Source: Isurus oxyrinchus
Lineage: Eukaryota
DNA length: 64,000 bases
Direction of reading: 5' to 3'
Assembly: GCA_026770705.1 (NCBI GenBank)
Contig: JANJGN010002079.1
Coordinates: forward strand, 1-64,000
Below are positions 52,001-64,000 of this stretch, piece by piece. Numbering within the stretch: the stretch's first letter is position 1; every line of letters starts with the position of its first letter. A program made the position numbers and the translations under genes. The notes beneath the pieces were generated by a model that saw only the letters and a program-made list of their open reading frames with translations, did no database searches and was not told where the DNA came from.

Positions 52001-55000
52001 GACTGGTGTCTCTCAGTCCCCTCTCTCTCTCAGGGAGATATCTGTACACTGACTGGTGTGTCTCAGTCTCCTCTCTCTCAGGGAGAGATCTGTACACTGA
52101 CTCGTGTCTCTCAGTCCCTCTCTCTCTCAGGGAGAAATCTGCACACTGCCTGGTGTCTCTCAGTCCCTCTCTCTCAGGGAGATATCTGTACACTGACTGG
52201 TGTCTCTCAGTCCCCTCTCTCTCAGTGAGATATCTGTACACTGACTGGTGTCTCTCAGTCCCTCTCTCTCTCAGGGACGTATCTGTACACTGACTGGTGT
52301 CTCTCAGTCCCCTCTCTCTCAGGGAGATATCTGCACACTGACTGGTGTCTCTCAGTCCCTCTCTCTCAGGGAGATATCTGTACACTGACTGATGTCTCTC
52401 AGTCCCTCTCTCTCTCTCAGGGAGATATCTGTACACTGACTGGTGTATCTCAGTCCCTCTATCTCAGGGAGATATCTGTACACTGACTGGTGTCTCTCAG
52501 TCCCTCTCTCTCTCAGGGAGATATCTGTACACTGACTGGTGTCTCTCAGTCCCTCTCTCTCAGGGAGATATCTGTACACTGACTGGTGTCCCTCAGTCCC
52601 CCCTCTCTCTCAGGGAGATATCTGTACACTGACTGGTGTCTCTCAGTCCCCTCTCTCTCAGGGAGATATCTGAACACTGACTGGTGTCTCTCAGTCCCTC
52701 TCTCTCTCAGGGAGATATCTGTACACTGACTGGTGTCTCTCAGTCCCCTCTCTCTCTCTCAGGGAGATATCTGTACACTGACTCGTGTCTCTCAGTCCCT
52801 CTCTCTCTCAGGGAAATATCTGTACACTGACTGGTGTCTCTCAGTCCCTCTCTCTCAGGGAGATATCTGTACACTGACTGGTGTCTCTCAGTCTCTCTCT
52901 CTCTCAGGGAGATATCTGTACACTGACTGGTGTCTCTCAGTCCCTCTCTCTCTCAGGGAGATAGCTGTACACTAACTGGTTTCTCTCAGACCCCTCTCTC
53001 TCTCAGGGAGATATCTGTACACTGACTCGTGTCTCTCAGTCCCCTCTCTCTCAGGTAGATATCTGTACACTGACTGGTGTCTCTCAGTCTCTCTCTCTCT
53101 CTCAGGGAGATATCTGTACACTGACTGGTGTCTCTACGTCTACTCTCTCTCTCTCTCAGGGAGATATCTGTACACTGACTGGTGTCTCTCAGTCCCTCTC
53201 TCTCAGGGAGATATCTGTACACTGACTAGTGTCCCTCAGTACCCCCTCTCTCTCAGGGAGATATCTGTACACTGACTGGTCTCTCTCAGTCCCCTCTCTC
53301 TCAGGGAGATATCTGTACACTGACTGGTGTCTCTCAGTCCCTCTCTCTCTCAGGGAGATATCTGTACACTGACTGGTGTCTCTCAGTCCCCTCTCTCTCT
53401 CTCAGGGAGATATCTGTACTCTGACTGGTGTCTCTCAGTCCCCTCTCTCTCTCAGGGAGATATCTGTGCACTGACGGGTGTCTCTCAGTCCCCTCTCTCT
53501 CAGGGAGATATCTGTACACTGACTGGTGTCTCTCAGTCCCTCTCTCTCTCAGCGAGATATCTGTACACTGACTGGTGTCTCTCAGTCGCCTCTCTCTCTC
53601 AGGGAGATATCTGTACACTGACTGGTGTGTCTCAGTCTCCTCTCTCTCAGGGAGAGATCTGTACACTGACTGGTGTCTCTCAGTCCCCTCTCTCTCAGGG
53701 AGATATCTGTACACTGACTGGTGTCTCTCAGTCCCTCTCTCTCAGGGAGATATCTGTACACTGACTGGTGTCCCTCAGTCCCTCTCTCTCTCTCAGGGAG
53801 ATATCTGTACACTGACTGGTGTCTCTCAGTCCCTCTCTCTCTCAGGGAGATAGCTGTACACTAACTGGTTTCTCTCAGACCCCTCTCTCTCTCAGGGAGA
53901 TATCTGTACACTGACTCGTGTCTCTCAGTCCCCTCTCTCTCAGGTAGATATCTGTACACTGACTGGTGTCTCTCAGTCTCTCTCTCTCTCTCAGGGAGAT
54001 ATCTGTACACTGACTGGTGTCTCTCAGTCCCTCTCTCTCAGGGAGATATCTGTACACTGACTGGTGTCTCTACGTCTACTCTCTCTCTCTCTCAGGGAGA
54101 TATCTGTACACTGACTGGTGTCTCTCAGTCCCTCTCTCTCAGGGAGATATCTGTACACTGACTAGTGTCCCTCAGTCCCCCCTCTCTCTCAGGGAGATAT
54201 CTGTACACTGACTGGTGTCTCTCAGTCCCCTCTCTCTCAGGGAGATATCTGTACACTGACTGGTGTCTCTCAGTCCCTCTCTCTCTCAGGGAGATATCTG
54301 TACACTGACTGGTGTCTCTCAGTCCCCTCTCTCTCTCTCAGGGAGATATCTGTACTCTGACTGGTGTCTCTCAGTCCCCTCTCTCTCTCAGGGAGATATC
54401 TGTGCACTGACGGGTGTCTCTCAGTCCCCTCTCTCTCAGGGAGATATCTGTACACTGACTGGTGTCTCTCAGTCCCTCTCTCTCTCAGGGAGATATCTGT
54501 ACACTGACTGGTGTCTCTCAGTCCCCTCTCTCTCTCAGGGAGATATCTGTACACTGACTGGTGTGTCTCAGTCTCCTCTCTCTCAGGGAGAGATCTGTAC
54601 ACTGACTGGTGTCTCTCAGTCCCCTCTCTCTCAGGGAGATATCTGTACACTGACTGGTGTCTCTCAGTCCCTCTCTCTCAGGGAGATATCTGTACACTGA
54701 CTGGTGTCCCTCAGTCCCTCTCTCTCTCTCAGGGAGATATCTGTACACTGACTGGTGTATCTCAGTCCCTCTATCTCAGGGAGATATCTGTACACTGACT
54801 GGTGTCTCTCATTCCCTCTCTCTCTCTCAGGGAGATATCTGTACACTGACTGGTGTATCTCAGTCCCTCTCTCTCAGGGAAATATCTGTACAATGACTGG
54901 TGTCTCTCAGTCTCCTCTCTCTCAGGGAGAGATCTGTGCACTGACTGGTGTCTCTCAGTCCCCTCTCTCTCAGGGAGATATCTGTACACTGACTGGTGTC

Positions 55001-58000
55001 TCTCAGTCCCTCTCTCTCAGGGAGATATCTGTGCACTGACTGGTGTCCCTCAGTCCCTCTCTCTCTCTCAGGGAGATATCTGTACACTGACTGGTCTATC
55101 TCAGTCCCTCTCTGTACACTGACTGGTGTCTCTCAGTCCCTCTCTCTCTCTCAGGGAGATATCTGTACAATGACTGGTGTATCTCAGTCCCTCTCTCTCA
55201 GGGAGATATCTGTACACTGACTGGTGTCTCTCAGTCCCTCTCTCTCTCTCAGGGAGATATCTGTACACTGACTGGTGTATCTCAGTCCCTCTCTCTCAGG
55301 GAGATATCTGTACACTGACTGGTGTCTCTAAGTCTACTCTCTCTCTCTCTCAGGGAGATATCTGTACACTGACACGTGTGTCTCAGTCCCTCTCTCTCTC
55401 AGGGAGAAATCTGCACACTGACTGTTGTCTCTCAGTCCCTCTCTCTCAGGGAGATATCTGTACACTGACTGGTGTCTCTCAGTCCCTCTCTCTCTCAGGG
55501 AGATATCTGTACACTGACTGGAGTCTCTCAGTCCCTCTCTCTCTCAGGGAGATATCTGTACACTGACTGGTGTCTCTCAGTCCCCCTCTCTCAGTGAGAT
55601 ATCTGTACACTGACTCGTGTCTCTCAGTCCCTCTCTCTCTCAGGGAGAAATCTGCACACTGACTGGTGTCTCTCAGTCCCTCTCTCTCAGGGAGATATCT
55701 GTACACTGACTGGTGTCTCTCAGTCCCCTCTCTCTCAGTGAGATATCTGTACACTGACTGGTGTCTCTCAGTCCCTCTCTCTCTCAGGGACGTATCTGTA
55801 CACTGACTGGTGTCTCTCAGTCCCCTCTCTCTCAGGGAGATATCTGCACACTGACTGGTGTCTCTCAGTCCCTCTCTCTCAGGGAGATATCTGTACACTG
55901 ACTGATGTCTCTCAGTCCCTCTCTCTCTCTCAGGGAGATATCTGTACACTGACTGGTGTATCTCAGTCCCTCTATCTCAGGGAGATATCTGTACACTGAC
56001 TGGTGTCTCTCAGTCCCTCTCTCTCTCAGGGAGATATCTGTACACTGACTGGTGTCTCTCAGTCCCTCTCTCTCAGCGAGATATCTGTACACTGACTGGT
56101 GTCTCTCAGTCTCTCTCTCTCTCAGGGAGATATCTGTACACTGACTGGTGCCTCTCAGTCCCCTCTCTCTCAGGGAGATATCTGTGCACTGACGGGTGTC
56201 TCTCAGTCCCCTCTCTCTCAGGGAGATATCTGTACACTGACTGGTGTCTCTCAGTCCCTCTCTCTCTCAGGGAGATATCTGTACACTGACTGGTGTCTCT
56301 CAGTCCCCTCTCTCTCTCAGGGAGATATCTGTACACTGACTGGTGTCTCTCAGTCTCCTCTCTCTCAGGGAGAGATCTGTACACTGACTGGTGTCTCTCA
56401 GTCCCCTCTCTCTCAGGGAGATATCTGTACACTGACTGGTGTCTCTCAGTCCCTCTATCTCAGGGAGATATCTGTACAGTGACTGGTGTCTCTCAGTCCC
56501 TCTCACTCTCTCAGGGAGATATCTGTACACTGACTGGTGTATCTCAGTCCCTCTCTCTCAGGGAGTTATCTGTACACTGACTAGTGTCCCTCAGTCCCCC
56601 CTCTCTCTCAGGGAGATATCTGTACACTGACTGGTGTCTCTCAGTCCCCTCTCTCTCAGGGAGCTATCTGTACACTGACTGGTGTCTCTTAGTCCCTCTC
56701 TCTCTCAGGGAGATATCTGTACACTGACTGGTGTCTCTCAGTCCCCTCTCTCTCTCTCAGGGAGATATCTGTACTCTGACTGGTGTCTCTCAGTCCCCTC
56801 TCTCTCTCAGGGAGATATCTGTACGCTGACTGGTGTCTCTCAGTCGCTCTCTCTCTCAGGGAGATATCTGTACACTGACTGGTGTCTCTCAGTCCCTCTC
56901 TCTCAGCGAGATATCTGTACACTGACTGGTGTCTCTCAGTCTCTCTCTCTCTCAGGGAGATATCTGTACACTGACTGGTGCCTCTCAGTCCCCTCTCTCT
57001 CAGGGAGATATCTGTGCACTGACGGGTGTCTCTCAGTCCCCTCTCTCTCAGGGAGATATCTGTACACTGACTGGTGTCTCTCAGTCCCTCTCTCTCTCAG
57101 GGAGATATCTGTACACTGACTGGTGTCTCTCAGTCCCCTCTCTCTCTCAGGGAGATATCTGTACACTGACTGGTGTGTCTCAGTCTCCTCTCTCTCAGGG
57201 AGAGATCTGTACACTGACTGGTGTCTCTCAGTCCCCTCTCTCTCAGGGAGATATCTGTACACTGACTGGTGTCTCTCAGTCCCTCTCTCTCAGGGAGATA
57301 TCTGTACACTGACTGGTGTCCCTCAGTCCCTCTCTCTCTCTCAGGGAGATATCTGTACACTGACTGGTGTATCTCAGTCCCTCTATCTCAGGGAGATATC
57401 TGTACACTGACTGGTGTCTCTCATTCCCTCTCTCTCTCTCAGGGAGATATCTGTACACTGACTGGTGTATCTCAGTCCCTCTCTCTCAGGGAAATATCTG
57501 TACACTGACTGGTGTCTCTCAGTCTCCTCTCTCTCAGGGAGAGATCTGTACACTGACTGGTGTCTCTCAGTCCCCTCTCTCTCAGGGAGATATCTGTACA
57601 CTGACTGGTGTCTCTCAGTCCCTCTCTCTCAGGGAGATATCTGTACACTGACTGGTGTCCCTCAGTCCCTCTCTCTCTCTCAGGGAGATATCTGTACACT
57701 GACTGGTCTATCTCAGTCCCTCTCTCTCAGGGAGATATCTGTACACTGACTGGTGTCTCTCAGTCCCTCTCTCTCTCTCAGGGAGATATCTGTACACTGA
57801 CTGGTGTCTCTCAGTCCCTCTCTCTCAGGGAGATATCTGTACACTGACTGGTGTCTCTCAGTCCCTCTCTCTCTCTCAGGGAGATATCTGTACACTGACT
57901 GGTGTATCTCAGTCCCTCTCTCTCAGGGAGATATCTGTACACTGACTGGTGTCTCTAAGTCTACTCTCTCTCTCTCTCAGGGAGATATCTGTACACTGAC

Positions 58001-61000
58001 TCGAGTCTCTCAGTCCCTCTCTCTCTCAGGGAGAAATCTGCACACTGACTGTTGTCTCTCAGTCCCTCTCTCTCAGGGAGATATCTGTACACTGACTGGT
58101 GTCTCTCAGTCCCTCTCTCTCTCAGGGAGATATCTGTACACTGACTGGTGTCTCTCAGTCCCTCTCTCTCTCAGGGAGATATCTGTACACTGACTGGTGT
58201 CTCTCAGTCCCCCTCTCTCAGTGAGATATCTGTACACTGACTCGTGTCTCTCAGTCCCTCTCTCTCTCAGGGAGAAATCTGCACACTGACTGGTGTCTCT
58301 CAGTCCCTATCTCTCAGGGAGATATCTGTACACTGACTGGTGTCTCTCAGTCCCCTCTCTCTCAGTGAGATATCTGTACACTGACTGGTGTCTCTCAGTC
58401 CCTCTCTCTCTCAGGGACGTATCTGTACACTGACTGGTGTCTCTCAGTCCCCTCTCTCTCAGGGAGATATCTGCACACTGACTGGTGTCTCTCAGTCCCT
58501 CTCTCTCAGGGAGATATCTGTACACTGACTGATGTCTCTCAGTCCCTCTCTCTCTCTCAGGGAGATATCTGTACACTGACTGGTGTCTCTCAGTCCCTCT
58601 CTCTCTCAGGGAGATATCTGTACACTGACTGGTGTCTCTCAGTCCCTCTCTCTCAGGGAGATATCTGTACACTGACTGGTGTCCCTCAGTCCCCCCTCTC
58701 TCTCAGGGAGATATCTGTACACTGACTGGTGTCTCTCAGTCCCCTCTCTCTCAGGGAGATATCTGTACACTGACTGGTGTCTCTCAGTCCCTCTCTCTCT
58801 CAGGGAGATATCTGTACACTGACTGGTGTCTCTCAGTCCCCTCTCTCTCTCTCAGGGAGATATCTGTACACTGACTCGTGTCTCTCAGTCCCTCTCTCTC
58901 TCAGGGAAATATCTGTACACTGACTGGTGTCTCTCAGTCCCTCTCTCTCAGGGAGATATCTGTACACTGACTGGTGTCTCTCAGTCTCTCTCTCTCTCAG
59001 GGAGATATCTGTACACTGACTGGTGTCTCTCAGTCCCTCTCTCTCTCAGGGAGATAGCTGTACACTAACTGGTTTCTCTCAGACCCCTCTCTCTCCCAGG
59101 GAGATATCTGTACACTGACTCGTGTCTCTCAGTCCCCTCTCTCTCAGGTAGATATCTGTACACTGACTGGTGTCTCTCAGTCTCTCTCTCTCTCTCAGGG
59201 AGATATCTGTACACTGACTGGTGTCTCTCAGTCCCTCTCTCTCAGGGAGATATCTGTACACTGACTGGTGTCTCTCAGTCCCTCTCTCTCAGGGAGATAT
59301 CTGTACACTGACTAGTGTCCCTCAGTCCCCCCTCTCTCTCAGGGAGATATCTGTACACTGACTGGTGTCTCTCAGTCCCCTCTCTCTCAGGGAGATATCT
59401 GTACACTGACTGGTGTCTCTCAGTCCCTCTCTCTCTCAGGGAGATATCTGTACACTGACTGGTGTCTCTCAGTCCCCTCTCTCTCTCTCAGGGAGATATC
59501 TGTACTCTGACTGGTGTCTCTCAGTCCCCTCTCTCTCTCAGGGAGATATCTGTACGCTGACTGGTGTCTCTCAGTCGCTCTCTCTCTCAGGGAGATATCT
59601 GTACACTGACTGGTGTCTCTCAGTCCCTCTCTCTCAGCGAGATATCTGTACACTGACAGGTGTCTCTCAGTCTCTCTCTCTCTCAGGGAGATATCTGTAC
59701 ACTGACTGGTGCCTCTCAGTCCCCTCTCTCTCAGGGAGATATCTGTGCACTGACTGGTGTCTCTCATTCCCTCTCTCTCTCTCAGGGAGATATCTGTACA
59801 CTGACTGGTGTATCTCAGTCCCTCTCTCTCAGGGAAATATCTGTACACTGACTGGTGTCTCTCAGTCTCCTCTCTCTCAGGGAGAGATCTGTGCACTGAC
59901 TGGTGTCTCTCAGTCCCCTCTCTCTCAGGGAGATATCTGTACACTGACTGGTGTCTCTCAGTCCCTCTCTCTCAGGGAGATATCTGTACACTGACTGGTG
60001 TCCCTCAGTCCCTCTCTCTCTCTCAGGGAGATATCTGTACACTGACTGGTCTATCTCAGTCCCTCTCTGTACACTGACTGGTGTCTCTCAGTCCCTCTCT
60101 CTCTCTCAGGGAGATATCTGTACAATGACTGGTGTATCTCAGTCCCTCTCTCTCAGGGAGATATCTGTACACTGACTGGTGTCTCTCAGTCCCTCTCTCT
60201 CTCTCAGGGAGATATCTGTACACTGACTGGTGTATCTCAGTCCCTCTCTCTCAGGGAGATATCTGTACACTGACTGGTGTCTCTAAGTCTACTCTCTCTC
60301 TCTCTCAGGGAGATATCTGTACACTGACACGTGTGTCTCAGTCCCTCTCTCTCTCAGGGAGAAATCTGCACACTGACTGTTGTCTCTCAGTCCCTCTCTC
60401 TCAGGGAGATATCTGTACACTGACTGGTGTCTCTCAGTCCCTCTCTCTCTCAGGGAGATATCTGTACACTGACTGGTGTCTCTCAGTCCCTCTCTCTCTC
60501 AGGGAGATATCTGTACACTGACTGGTGTCTCTCAGTCCCCCTCTCTCAGTGAGATATCTGTACACTGACTCGTGTCTCTCAGTCCCTCTCTCTCTCAGGG
60601 AGAAATCTGCACACTGACTGGTGTCTCTCAGTCCCTCTCTCTCAGGGAGATATCTGTACACTGACTCGTGTCTCTCAGTCCCCTCTCTCTCAGTGAGATA
60701 TCTGTACACTGACTGGTGTCTCTCAGTCCCTCTCTCTCTCAGGGACGTATCTGTACACTGACTGGTGTCTCTCAGTCCCCTCTCTCTCAGGGAGATATCT
60801 GCACACTGACTGGTGTCTCTCAGTCCCTCTCTCTCAGGGAGATATCTGTACACTGACTGATGTCTCTCAGTCCCTCTCTCTCTCTCAGGGAGATATCTGT
60901 ACACTGACTGGTGTATCTCAGTCCCTCTATCTCAGGGAGATATCTGTACACTGACTGGTGTCTCTCAGTCCCTCTCTCTCTCAGGGAGATATCTGTACAC

Positions 61001-64000
61001 TGACTGGTGTCTCTCAGTCCCTCTCTCTCAGCGAGATATCTGTACACTGACTGGTGTCTCTCAGTCTCTCTCTCTCTCAGGGAGATATCTGTACACTGAC
61101 TGGTGCCTCTCAGTCCCCTCTCTCTCAGGGAGATATCTGTGCACTGACGGGTGTCTCTCAGTCCCCTCTCTCTCAGGGAGATATCTGTACACTGACTGGT
61201 GTCTCTCAGTCCCTCTCTCTCTCAGGGAGATATCTGTACACTGACTGGTGTCTCTCAGTCCCCTCTCTCTCTCAGGGAGATATCTGTACACTGACTGGTG
61301 TCTCTCAGTCTCCTCTCTCTCAGGGAGAGATCTGTACACTGACTGGTGTCTCTCAGTCCCCTCTCTCTCAGGGAGATATCTGTACACTGACTGGTGTCTC
61401 TCAGTCCCTCTATCTCAGGGAGATATCTGTACACTGACTGGTGTATCTCAGTCCCTCTCTCTCAGGGAGATATCTGTACACTGACTGGTGTCTCTCAGTC
61501 TCCTCTCTCTCAGGGAGAGATCTGTACACTGACTGGTGTCTCTCAGTCCCCTCTCTCTCAGGGAGATATCTGTACACTGACTGGTGTCTCTCAGTCCCTC
61601 TCTCTCAGGGAGATATCTGTACACTGACTGGTGTATCGCAGTCCCTCTATCTCAGGGAGATATCTGTACAGTGACTGGTGTCTCTCAGTCCCTCTCACTC
61701 TCTCAGGGAGATATCTGTACACTGACTGGTGTATCTCAGTCCCTCTCTCTCAGGGAGATATCTGTACACTGACTGGTGTCTCTCAGTCCCTCTCTCTCTC
61801 TCAGGGAGATATCTGTACACTGACTGGTGTCTCTCAGTCCCCTCTCTCTCTCAGGGAGATATCTGTATGCTGACTGGTGTCTCTCTGTTCCTCTCTCTCT
61901 CAGGGAAATATCTGTACACTGACTGGTGTCTCTCAGTCCCTCTCTCTCAGGGAGATATCTGTACACTGACTGGTGTCTCTCAGTCTCTCTCTCTCTCAGG
62001 GAGATATCTGTACACTGACTGGTGTCTCTCAGTCCCTCTCTCTCTCAGAGAGATATCTGTACTCTAACTGGTTTCTCTCAGACCCCTCTCTCTCTCAGGG
62101 AGATATCTGTACACTGACTGGTGTCTCTCAGTCTCCTCTCTCTCAGGGAGAGATCTGTACACTGACTGGTGTCTCTCAGTTCCCTCTCTCTCAGGGAGAT
62201 ATCTGTACACTGACTCGTGTCTCTCAGTCCCCTCTCTCTCAGGTAGATATCTGTACACTGACTGGTGTCTCTCAGTCTCTCTCTCTCTCTCAGGGAGATA
62301 TCTGTACACTGACTGGTGTCTCTCAGTCCCTCTCTCTCAGGGAGATCTCTGTACACTGACTGGTGTCCCTTATTCCCTCTCTCTCTCTCAGGGAGATATC
62401 TGTACACTGACTGGTGTATCTCAGGCCCTCGATCTCAGGGAGATATCTGTACACTGACTGGTGTCTCTCAGTCCCTCTCTCTCTCTCAGGGAGATATCTG
62501 TACACTGACTGGTGTATCTCAGTCCCTCTCTCTCAGGGAGATATCTGTACACTGACTGGTGTCTCTCAGTCCCTCTCTCTCTCTCAGGGAGATATCTGTA
62601 CACTGACTGGTGTATCTCAGTCCCTCTATCTCAGGGAGATATCTGTACACTGACTGGTGTCTCTCAGTCCCCTCTCTCTCTCAGGGAGATATCTGTACAC
62701 TGACTGGTGTCTCTCAGTCCCCTCTCTCTCAGGGAGATACTGTATACTGACTCATGTCTCTCTGTCCCTCTCTCTCTCAGGGAGATATCTGTACACTGAC
62801 TGGTGTCTCTCTGTCCCCTCTCTCTCTCAGGGATGTATCTGTACACTGACTGGTGTCTCTCAGTCCCTCTCTCTCTCAGGGAGATATCTGTACACTGACT
62901 GGTGTCTCTCAGTCCCCCTCTCTCAGTGAGATATCTGTACACTGACTCGTGTCTCTCAGTCCCTCTCTCTCTCAGGGAGAAATCTGCACACTGACTGGTG
63001 TCTCTCAGTCCCTCTCTCTCAGGGAGATATCTGTACACTGACTCGTGTCTCTCAGTCCCCTCTCTCTCAGTGAGATATCTTTACACTGACTGGTGTCTCT
63101 CAGTCTCTCTCTCTCTCAGGGACGTATCTGTACACTGACTGTTATCTCTCAGTCCCCTCTCTCTCTCAGGGAGAAATCTGCACACTGACTGGTTTCTCTC
63201 AGTCCCTCTCTCTCAGGGAGATATCTGTACACTGACTGGTGTCTCTCAGTCCCTCTCTCTCAGGGAGATATCTGTACACTGACTGGTGTCTCTCAGTCCC
63301 TCTCTCTCTCTCTCTCAGGGAGATATCTGTACACTGACTGGTATCTCTCAGTCCCCTCTCTCTCAGGGAGATATCTGTACACTGACTGGTGTCTCTCAGT
63401 TCCCTCTCTCTCAGGGATGTGTCTGTACACTGACTGGTGTCTCTCAGTCCCTCTCTCCCTCAGGGAGATATGTGTACACTGACTGGTGTCTCTCAGTCCC
63501 CTCTCTCTCAGGGATGTATCTGTACACTGACTGGTGTCTCTCAGTCCCCTCTCTCTCTCAGGGAGATATCTGTATGCTGACTGGTGTCTCTCTGTCCCTC
63601 TCTCTCTCAGGGAAATATCTGTACACTGACTGGTGTCTCTCAGTCCCTCTCTCTCAGGGAGATATCTGTACACTGACTGGTGTCTCTCAGTCTCTCTCTC
63701 TCTCAGGGAGATATCTGTACACTGACTGGTGTCTCTCAGTCCCTCTCTCTCTCAGAGAGATATCTGTACACTAACTGGTTTCTCTCAGACCCCTCTCTCT
63801 CTCAGGGAGATATCTGTACACTGACTGGTGTCTCTCAGTCTCCTCTCTCTCAGGGAGAGATCTGTACACTGACTGGTGTCTCTCAGTTCCCTCTCTCTCA
63901 GGGAGATATCTGTACACTGACTCGTGTCTCTCAGTCCCCTCTCTCTCAGGTAGATATCTGTACACTGACTGGTGTCTCTCAGTTTCTCTCTCTCTCTCAG
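7010..64000 (+). repeat. Large satellite array, 47-54-bp unit AGGGAGATATCTGTACACTGACTGGTGTCTCTCAGTCCC(C)(TC)n, roughly 1,150-1,200 copies, open at the window end
   Basis: Continuous head-to-tail repeat with no inversion or unique insert that I could see. The consensus unit carries GATATC (EcoRV) and TGTACA (BsrGI) palindromes. Length variation comes from the C run and the (TC)n tract. Copy number is estimated as 57 kb / ~48.5 bp. Confidence 0.98.

Larger units (their letters stand above)
3742..64000 (-). other. Inferred giant intron (>60 kb) upstream of the IgC exon
   Basis: The IgC exon has a phase-1 acceptor and no start or signal peptide. Tapasin-family genes need upstream N-terminal and IgV exons, and none occur in 3742-64000. 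Confidence 0.7.

Noticed and set aside
6982-63965. Hundreds of short ORFs (SQGDICTLTGV..., MYRYLPERE...)
   Set aside because: These are translations of the satellite. Frame-shifting (TC)n length changes are unconstrained and there is no sign of codon-level selection.
7010-64000. CRISPR-like repeat-spacer appearance
   Set aside because: The variable segments are only C/(TC)n length variants, not unique spacers. There are no cas genes and the context is a spliceosomal eukaryotic gene.
7010-64000. Centromeric satellite
   Set aside because: It cannot be supported from sequence: the monomer is short and microsatellite-containing, there is no stable HOR, I saw no CENP-B box and the array appears intronic. 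CENP-A ChIP would be needed.

Overview
This is vertebrate genomic DNA, about 98% tandem repeat. The only supportable coding content is the 3' part of a minus-strand, intron-containing tapasin-family gene, most like TAPBPR (human symbol TAPBPL). It comprises an IgC1 exon (3412-3741), a transmembrane exon (2025-2108), a 29-nt cytoplasmic micro-exon (1878-1906) and a probable terminal exon starting at 1667. All splice sites are canonical GT-AG and frame-compatible. Four distinct tandem arrays occupy the gene's introns or flank: a 35-bp G-rich array (1-~1507), a 73-90-bp array with embedded (CA)n (2190-3380), a binary 13/18-bp array (3857-7017) and a >57-kb satellite of 47-54-bp units (7010-64000) with nested higher-order duplications. 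Two observations stand out. First, the last splice donor reads through in frame as KK-V-S-stop, a canonical KKxx ER-retrieval signal, while splicing gives KK-G-stop, so one splice decision could switch localisation. Second, the intron upstream of the IgC exon is >60 kb of almost pure satellite, oriented so that its ~1,100+ acceptor-like motifs lie antisense to the gene. Nearly all listed ORFs are repeat artefacts. A cartilaginous-fish origin is suspected from the repeat-filled introns but cannot be shown from the window alone.
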